From Octopus sinensis (lineage: Eukaryota), in contig NW_021828980.1 of NCBI RefSeq assembly GCF_006345805.1, forward strand, positions 1 to 6,961: 6,961 nucleotides of DNA. The letters run 5' to 3'. Both the position numbers and the translations under genes were made by a program. The first letter of the stretch is position 1; each line of letters opens with the position of its first letter. Below the pieces are notes generated by a model. That model was given only the letters and a program-made list of their open reading frames with translations, was not told the DNA's origin and searched no databases. This document shows, in pieces, positions 1-6,229 of the stretch.

Positions 1-550
1 TTATTGGGTATGCATTTAGTTTTGCATGCTGATGCATAAAGCTTGAAACTTTTCAGCATTGAACTGCATGCTATTCTTTTCAGCCCACACTTGTATATTT
101 TGTCCAGCTCACATTGCAGGTGCTTAGTGTCTTCAGGGTTCTGTATTGCCTGTGAAACTTTTGTATCATCTGCGTAACTTGTGATCGTGGCTCTCTGCGT
201 GGCTGAGGGCATGTCTGAGAGGGCCATTATGAACAGTAGTGGTCCCAAAACACTACCTTGCGGAACACCGCTCGCTATTTGCGTGTTAATGGAAGTGGCC
301 CCATTGGCTACTACCACCTGACTTCTATCCTTCAGAAAGTCATGAAGCCATTCTCCCAATTCTGACTGTTCGTTCCATGACCTTGCTGATGTGTGAGGTC
401 AGAGAGACAGGTCTGTAGTTCTTGGCCTCCGCTCTGCTACCTATCCTATGACTAGGCATATTTACCTTCCTCCAGTTTTCTTGGAAGTTTGCCAGTTGCA
501 AGGAAGCTCTGAAAGAGGAACTGCAGTGGTCTTGCTAGGGACTCTCTACA
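1..550 (-). mobile_element. Degenerate CR1/L2-group non-LTR retrotransposon (LINE) ORF2 reverse-transcriptase fragment; 5'-truncated, internally deleted, continues off the left edge
   Basis: Manual minus-strand translation gives CRESLARPLQFLFQSFLATGKLPRKLEEG..GSRAEAKNYRPVSLTSHISKVMERTVR (550-361; NYRPVSLTS at 394-420). It continues LGEWLHDFLKDRSQVVVANGATSINTQIASGVPQGSVLGPLLFIMALSDMPSATQRATITSYADDTKVSQAIQNPEDTKHLQCELDKIYK/WAEKNSMQFNAEKFQAL (GVPQGSVLGP 240-269; YADD 165-176). Several frameshifts are present. The clade call rests on motif style only. Confidence 0.9.
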
Positions 551-551
551 T

Positions 552-1505
552 ACCAGACGCTGTGCAAATAGGTATTGGCAGGAAATCTGTCAGAGTATCC
601 AGTCAGCTGCTGACAAGGGCGACCAACCCGTGGGCATGTATGCCGGTTTGAAGAAGGCCCTCGGTCCATCCGCAACCAAGTCAGCCCTCTGAAATCAACT
701 ACTGGAGATCTCATCAGGGATCAAAGCAAGCAAATGGATAGATTGGTGGAGCACTACCACATCTCTTATCACGGGAGACTACAGTAGCTGAGGCTGCAAA
801 CGAGAGTGTCAAGATCTGCCAGTCATGTGCGAACTTGACAGTCCGCCATCTATAGCAGAGCTCACCAAGGCTATTGACTCTCTAGCAAGAACAAGGCTCC
901 GGGAAAAGATGATGACATCGCCCCAGAGATCATCAAAGCCGGCAAAAAACACCATCCTGCTTCGGCACCTTCATGAGCTTCTGTGTCAGTGCTGGGAAGA
1001 GGGTACAGTCCTCAGGATATACGGGATGCTAACATCATTACGCTTTACAAAAACAAAGGTGACCGTGGTGATGTAACAATTACCGGGGAATATCTCTTCT
1101 AAGCACTGTTGGAAAGACCTTTGCTCGTCGTTATCCTGGCCAGGCTACAACTACTTGCTTCTCCTCGAATCTATCCGGAATCGCAGTGTGGCTTTAGAAG
1201 AAGCATCAACTATTGATATTATAATTCCCATACGCCAACTTCAGGAAAGTCCAGAGAGCAGAAAATACCTTATATATGGCCTTCATTGATCTGACAAAGG
1301 CCTTTGACTCGGTAAGTAGAAAAGGCCTCTTCATCCTGCTCCAAAAAATCGGATGTCCACCAAAGCTGCTGAGGATCATCACATCTTTCCATAATGATAT
1401 GCAAGGCACCATACAGCACAATGGTTCAACATCAGCCGCCTTCCAAATAAAATATGGGGTAAAGCAAGGTTGTGTCCTTGCTCCTACATTATTTTGGCAT
1501 CTTTC
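552..1505 (+). mobile_element. Degenerate RTE/BovB-like LINE ORF fragment (linker plus N-terminal half of RT), truncated at both ends
   Basis: Reading across frameshifts gives RRCANRYWQEICQSIQSAADKGD, GMYAGLKKALGPS, LKSTTGDLIRDQSKQMDRWVEHY, ELDSPPSIAELTKAIDSLA, LHELLCQCWEEGTV, DANIITLYKNKGDR, NNYRGISLLS (1075-1104), PESQCGFR (QCGFR 1184-1198), MAFIDLTKAFDSV (1276 on) and GVKQGCVLAPTLF (1456 on). These motifs are typical of the RTE clade. Homology stops before the YADD motif. Confidence 0.92.
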
Positions 1506-1513
1506 ATTCACTT

Positions 1514-1515
1514 TT

Positions 1516-1553
<38 letters not shown>
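1514..1553 (+). repeat. (TTTC)10 microsatellite, followed by a pyrimidine-rich low-complexity tract to about 1630
   Basis: Ten perfect TTTC units read directly. Confidence 0.95.
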
Positions 1554-1554
<1 letters not shown>

Positions 1555-1636
1555 GTCCCTCTTCTACACTTTTCTCTTCATTTCTCAGTTCGTAAATTGG
1601 TCTCTTTGTCGCTTTCTCTGTATTTCTCGCTTAGTA

Positions 1637-1638
1637 TA

Positions 1639-1671
<33 letters not shown>

Positions 1672-1725
1672 GTATGTGTGTATGTGTGTGTATGCATGTG
1701 TGAACGCGAGTGTGTGTGTGTGTGT
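1637..1725 (+). repeat. Interrupted (TG)n microsatellite
   Basis: TG runs interrupted by TA/CG units. Confidence 0.93.
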
Positions 1726-1817
1726 CTATCGCTTTCACTCTCCTCCCTCTCGATGCCACTCTCTCGGATAAATTGTCTTAGAAACCCTCTCTAAAACCCA
1801 ACATTGCATTTCTACAA

Positions 1818-2048
1818 TACACGCACCGACGCATGCGCGCGCATACACACATTGACTGACACGTGCACACACACACACACCGTGATACTTGCACGCACAT
1901 TCACGCATCGACATATGCATGCACACACACACACACACATGCCGATACTTGCACGCACGCGTGAAAACACACACACACGAAACATACGCACACACACGCA
2001 CCGACACATACACATTCGACCCCCACACGCATGCACATACATATACAC
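1818..2048 (+). repeat. Degenerate (CA)n/(CACG)n simple repeat with an internal 60-bp-period duplication
   Basis: CA-rich alternating purine-pyrimidine tract. GATACTTGCACGCAC occurs at 1884 and 1944, each time after a CA run. Confidence 0.85.
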
Positions 2049-2425
2049 AACCACCATCATCAGTATCCTCCCGACCATCACTGCCACAATCAGTACCACA
2101 ATCGTCACAAACTCCACCACCACCACCACCACCACCACCACCATCGCTACCACCGTCGTTACTATAATGACCATCACTAAAAATATCACCCTCAACTACC
2201 ATCGTCAATACCACAACATAACCGAAAGCTAGTCAAAAAGGACCGCCACCAACACCGCTACCTCACTACCAACGGTACCATGCACCTTACCATCGCATTA
2301 ACCAGCGCCGAAGTCAATACTAACTCAACCACCACCACCACCTCCACTAACAAATCTACCACCTCCACTACCACTACCACCACCGTCACGGCCGCCACCA
2401 CGAACGCAACTAATACATAAACCGC

Positions 2426-2694
2426 CAACAGTATCAATACCTATTTCTTTACTACCCACAAGGGGCTAAACACAGAGAGGACAAACAAGGACGGACAAAC
2501 GGATTAAGTCGATTATATCGACCCCCAGTGCGAAACTGGTACTTAATTTATCGACCCCGAAAATATGAAAGGCAAAGTCGACCTCGGCAGAATTTGAACT
2601 CAGAACGTAGCGGCAGACGAAATACCTCGAAGCATTTAGCCCGGCGTGCTAACGTTTCTGCCAGCTCGCCGCCTTTATCAACAGTGTCAATACC
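2426..2694. repeat. Target-site duplication of SINE copy 1 (2426-2441 and 2679-2694)
   Basis: CAACAGTATCAATACC versus CAACAGTGTCAATACC, 15/16 identical, bracketing the SINE. Confidence 0.9.
2442..2674 (-). mobile_element. Full-length tRNA-derived SINE (octopus-type), copy 1
   Basis: The minus strand begins AGGCGGCGAGCTGGCAGAAACGTTAGC (A-box-like) and has the B box GAGTTCAAATTC (2590-2601). It has the central domain GACTTTGCCTTTCAT..GGGGTCGATAAATTAAGTACCAG and the tail TTTAGCCCCTTGTGGGTAGTAAAGAAATA. It aligns end to end with 5979-6177 and is flanked by a 16-bp direct repeat. Confidence 0.92.
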
Positions 2695-2755
2695 ACCGCC
2701 ATCACCACCATTACACTTAGCTGCCGTGACCACGTGACAAATTAACCAGTCTATT

Positions 2756-2778
2756 ACACACACACACACACACACACA
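2756..2778 (+). repeat. (AC)n microsatellite
   Basis: Perfect AC run of about 11 units. Confidence 0.95.
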
Positions 2779-2834
2779 TTAACATCGACGAACACATTCG
2801 TACAAAAAAATCAAACATGCACAAACAGTCTTGT

Positions 2835-3690
2835 AGTTTACCAATAGATCTATCTCTCTGTTTACTAATCAACCGGTTAATCTACCTGGCTCTTAACCAA
2901 TCTCCCAGTTAATCGATCTGTCTGTTTATTAGCCAACCGGTTCATCAATCGGACTGTTTATCAGCCAATCAGTTAATGTGTCTGTCTGTTAATCAGTTTA
3001 CCTATCCCTCTTTACCAATCTACCAGTTGATCTATCCGTTCGTTAACCAGTCTACCAGTTAATCTACCCGTCCGTTAACCAGTCTACCAGTTAATCTACC
3101 CGTCCGTTAACCAGTCTACCAGTTAATCTACCCGTCCGTTAACCAGTCTACCAGTTAATCTACCCGTCCGTTAACAGTCTACCAGTTAATCTACCAGTCC
3201 GTTAACCAGTCTACCAGTTAATCTACCCGTCCGTTAACCAGTCTACCAGTTAATCTACCCGTCCGTTAACCAGTCTACCAGTTAATCTACCAGTCCGTTA
3301 ACCAGTCTACCAGTTAAACTATCTGTTTACCAGTCTCTCACTTTACATTTCACAATTTTATCGGTTTACGTGTATATATATATTGCCAGCTTACCAATAT
3401 ATTAGCTTATCACCCTGGCTTTTTACCCGTCTACCACTTTACACGTCAGTCTGCCTGCCTACCTGCCTGTTTACCGATCTACCAGTTTACCAATCTACCA
3501 GTTAACCATTCTGCTTGTTTACACGTCTGTTAGTACACCTCTCTGTCTCTTTATACGTTTACTAATATCTTCCAGTTTTACTAGTTTCTGTTAATTTACC
3601 AGTTTCCCTAATAATCTGCCTGTTTACGAACCTGCTTACCAGTTCGCCAGTTTAACGTTAAGCCTGTTTATCAGACAGCCAATCGACTGT
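2835..3690 (+). repeat. Decayed halo of the same minisatellite / tetramer-periodic repeat surrounding the homogeneous core
   Basis: Diverged 32-mers such as AATCAACCGGTTAATCTACCTGGCTCTTAACC and AATCTCCCAGTTAATCGATCTGTCTGTTTATT lie upstream. Recurrent TCTACCAGTT(T/A)ACC pieces lie downstream (about 3470-3510). Boundaries are approximate. Confidence 0.65.
3019..3317 (+). repeat. 32-bp minisatellite, about 9.4 tandem copies, consensus TCTACCAGTTAATCTACCCGTCCGTTAACCAG
   Basis: Units start at 3019 (diverged), 3051, 3083, 3115, 3147 (31 nt), 3178, 3210, 3242, 3274 and 3306 (partial). They abut directly with no spacers. Confidence 0.97.
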
Positions 3691-3770
3691 CAATACTCAG
3701 GTACTCTCATCCTTTCGTGTCTCTTCTAACTATCTTAATCTCTCGCTATCTTCGAATCTCCAATATTGTC

Positions 3771-3877
3771 TCAGAATCCATTTTGTCGCATCATAGAAAC
3801 GGCAGCAGTATTTTCGCTCATATTCGCTAACTGTCTCCCGATGCTGCTGCTGCTGCTTCCATTTGGAAGATATTTCA
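3771..3877 (-). CDS. Possible terminal coding exon of an unknown host gene (..KYLPNGSSSSSIGRQLANMSENTAAVSMMRQNGF*)
   Basis: An island of unique sequence. The minus-strand polypyrimidine tract CTCTCTTTTCTCTTGTCTTATTACAAG precedes an open frame ending in TGA at 3771-3773. The acceptor would be a weak AAG, and I recognise no domain. Confidence 0.2.
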
Positions 3878-4152
3878 CTTGTAATAAGACAAGAGAAAAG
3901 AGAGTAGTTTCAATATACGTAAGGCTTTGATATTTTCGCTTTACACACAAACTACGCACACATACACACAAAGATAGGCACAGAGATACATACACCAACA
4001 TGAACGATTTTGCTTAAAAACAAAAGAAAAGAGTACTCAATGCATTAACTCTATAACGCATATATACACACATTTATCTTATATATCCCTCTATTTAATA
4101 GCGTATGCTTTCAGCAAGTTTGTGTATGTGTGTAGGAGAATGTACGTAATTT

Positions 4153-4153
4153 G

Positions 4154-4188
<35 letters not shown>

Positions 4189-4193
4189 CATAT

Positions 4194-4224
<31 letters not shown>

Positions 4225-4389
4225 CTGTACACCCCCCACACAGACACATATGGGGCCATGAATACGTCCTTGTATTAGTATACGCGTGCATGCGTGTTAT
4301 ATATACATTAAAAATCAAGATAAGGTGTAGATAGGCGTCTATATAAGAATATATGTATATATTTATTATATCCATACACACACACATAC

Positions 4390-4453
<64 letters not shown>

Positions 4454-4680
4454 ATATATGCATATAGACGTTCTCTCACACATACACACACATATGTATA
4501 TATTATATATATATATATATAATATATGTGTGTGTGTGTGTGTATATATATTTATGTATATATATATATATTTATATATATATAATATATATATATATAT
4601 AATATATACATACATACATATGCAGTGTTTATCTGCATTAGACAGTTGTGTGTGTCTGTGTGTCACGTGTATGTGTGCGT
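4153..4680. repeat. Compound (TA)n/(CA)n/(TG)n microsatellite block, including perfect (TA)25 at 4391-4440
   Basis: Read directly: TA tracts at about 4154-4224, 4391-4441 and 4497-4610, interleaved with CA and TG runs. Confidence 0.95.
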
Positions 4681-4896
4681 CGTGGAGAGGCTAACGGCTT
4701 TTCTAAGCCTATTTCATCGTTATGATATTGATATAATGACTGGAGGATAGTGCGGGGCGGGGGAGGAATAGCGGAGTATTAAAGGGGGATGGTATGTGTG
4801 AAGAGAATGATAAATAAATGAAAGGAGGAAGACGAAAAAAAAAAAAAGAAAATGGAGGAAAAGTGGAAGAAGAAAGAAATGGGATTGAAAGAATCA

Positions 4897-4952
<56 letters not shown>
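4897..4952 (+). repeat. (AAT)18 microsatellite
   Basis: Perfect run, preceded by a purine-rich low-complexity tract (about 4790-4895). Confidence 0.97.
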
Positions 4953-4953
<1 letters not shown>

Positions 4954-5083
4954 GAAAGGCTTAAAAAATGATAAAACAACCGAGAATGAAAGGGAAAGTA
5001 AAGATGTTTTTTTAAGGAAAAAAAACGAGGTAATGATGGATTGGGGAGATGAGTTAATATTGAGGGACTGGAAGCAAGAAGGA

Positions 5084-5113
<30 letters not shown>
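5084..5113 (+). repeat. (GAT)10 microsatellite with a degenerate extension to about 5175
   Basis: Ten perfect GAT units. Confidence 0.95.
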
Positions 5114-5116
<3 letters not shown>

Positions 5117-5231
5117 GAGGATAATAATGGTGTTGACGAAGATGATGATGAAGGTGGTGGTGATAATATTGATAATCTTAACGTTAATATTTTTACTGCT
5201 TCTCCTCCTACTTTTCCTCTTCACCTCCTCA

Positions 5232-5316
<85 letters not shown>

Positions 5317-5339
5317 ACTACTACTACTACTACTACTAC
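5232..5339 (+). repeat. Compound (TAC)19(TGC)9(TAC)8 microsatellite
   Basis: TAC 5232-5288, TGC 5289-5315, TAC 5316-5339, all in the same register. Confidence 0.97.
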
Positions 5340-5455
5340 TTTCTACTATAGGCACAAGGCCAGCAATTTCTGGGCATGGGGAAGATCAATTACATCGACC
5401 CCAGTGCTCAGTTGGTCCTTATTTTATCGAATCCGAAAGGGATGATCGGCAAAGT
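5340..5455 (-). mobile_element. 5'-truncated, diverged SINE of a sister family (shared central domain, different 3' tail)
   Basis: The + strand ATTACATCGACCCCAGTGCTCAGTTGGTCCTTATTTTATCGAATCCGAAAGGGATGATCGGCAAAGT aligns with 2512-2578. The flanking tail (TTTCTACTATAGGCACAAGGCC..) differs from copies 1 and 2. No tRNA-like head is recognisable. Confidence 0.8.
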
Positions 5456-5481
5456 GTTAAGCAATTCTGAAAGTTTGTTGC

Positions 5482-5520
5482 AATAATAATAACAACAACA
5501 ACAACAACAGCAACAATGAC
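5482..5520 (+). repeat. (AAT)n(AAC)n short compound repeat
   Basis: AATAATAAT followed by an AAC run. Confidence 0.85.
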
Positions 5521-5959
5521 AATATAAAAAACGATTAGAACTCAATGGAGGAAGCGCAAGGGACAAGATACAAAATTATGAGGTTTTCAATAAGAACAAA
5601 TAACAAATAAATCTCAGCCACGGAAGAATTATCACCAAAATATCAGCAAAAAAAAAAAAAAAGCTCCCAAGAGGTAGAGCTGCATTGGACCAATTAAGGA
5701 CTCTTAAAGATCATTACAAATTTACTGAACGGGGTGGGGCGCTGAACTCCTTTCCTACTTTCGATACCTTTTTAAAGTTAAAATGTTAATGAGAGCTTAT
5801 TATAAGGGTAAGTTGCCTGTCTTCAGTGTTTTAATATTTTCTCACCCCACCACATCTCTCACTATAACTAATAGAAAGAAAAACTAACTGCCCTTGCCAG
5901 ACAAAGGAAGGCGGCGGGGCAACCTTTAAGATGACTCGGGTGACAGACTTTTCTACCCG

Positions 5960-6193
5960 ATATGCAAACAGCTGTAAAAGGCGGCGAGCTGGCAGAGACG
6001 TTAACACGCCAGGCGAAGTGCTTCGCGGTATTTCGCCCGTCGCTACGTTCTTTCATCATTTCGTGGTCGATAAATTAAGTACCAGTTAAGCACTGAGGTC
6101 GATGTAATCGACTTAATCCGTTTATCTGTCCTTGTTTGTCCCCTCTATGTTTAGCCCCTTGTGGGTAATAAAGAAACATATACAAACAGCTGT
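5960..6193. repeat. Target-site duplication of SINE copy 2 (5960-5975 and 6178-6193)
   Basis: ATATGCAAACAGCTGT versus ATATACAAACAGCTGT, 15/16 identical. Confidence 0.9.
5979..6177 (+). mobile_element. tRNA-derived SINE copy 2 (same family as 2442-2674), with a 32-nt internal deletion removing the B box
   Basis: Starts AGGCGGCGAGCTGGCAGAGACGTTAAC and ends TTTAGCCCCTTGTGGGTAATAAAGAAAC. It is collinear with the reverse complement of copy 1 except for the gap at 6051/6052. Confidence 0.92.
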
Positions 6194-6229
6194 TCGACAG
6201 AACTCCTCAAGTCTACGATGTTTGGACAC

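Larger units (their letters stand above)
2049..2735 (+). repeat. Degenerate (ACC/ACT/ATC)n trinucleotide low-complexity tract, split by the SINE insertion
   Basis: Perfect CCA run at about 2114-2143. Degenerate ACC-type triplets lie on both sides of the SINE (to 2441, and 2679-2735). Confidence 0.75.

Noticed and set aside
448-1511. ORFs 448-651 (+) and 1206-1511 (-) as independent genes
   Set aside because: They are antisense or off-frame shadows of the LINE fragments.
1276-1794. 172-aa ORF as an RT-membrane fusion protein
   Set aside because: Only the first ~73 aa are RT. The hydrophobic remainder is read-through into TTTC and TG microsatellites.
1472-2232. ORFs 1472-1771, 1735-2214, 1804-2232, 1812-2195 and 1889-2167 (CV/HT/poly-T/poly-P/poly-G; mucin- or metallothionein-like look)
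   Set aside because: They are open in several overlapping frames on both strands because TG/CA/ACC repeats lack stop codons.
2585-2674. Genuine tRNA gene
   Set aside because: It has A/B-box-like motifs but I could not fold a canonical cloverleaf, and it is joined to a SINE body with a TSD.
2528-2775. ORFs 2528-2737 and 2548-2775 (and 5868-6059) with similar peptides, suggesting a gene family
   Set aside because: The similarity comes from the shared SINE sequence, not from coding function.
3019-3317. CRISPR array (32-bp repeat length)
   Set aside because: The units abut with no unique spacers, there are no cas genes, and the context is eukaryotic. It is a minisatellite.
4742-4792. GC box (GGGGCGGGGG at 4754-4763) or G-quadruplex promoter element
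   Set aside because: It is a single motif in purine-rich low-complexity sequence. There are only three runs of 3 or more G, and no CpG island or other promoter evidence.
4122-5470. ORFs with IY repeats, poly-L, poly-D and poly-Y/C
   Set aside because: They are translations of TA, AAT, GAT and TAC/TGC microsatellites.
5888-5922. HDV-like or hammerhead ribozyme at a putative LINE 5' end (hairpin TGCCCTTGCC..GGCGGGGCA)
   Set aside because: Only a simple imperfect stem is visible. I could not build the nested double pseudoknot or find a CUGANGA/GAAA core with supporting helices.
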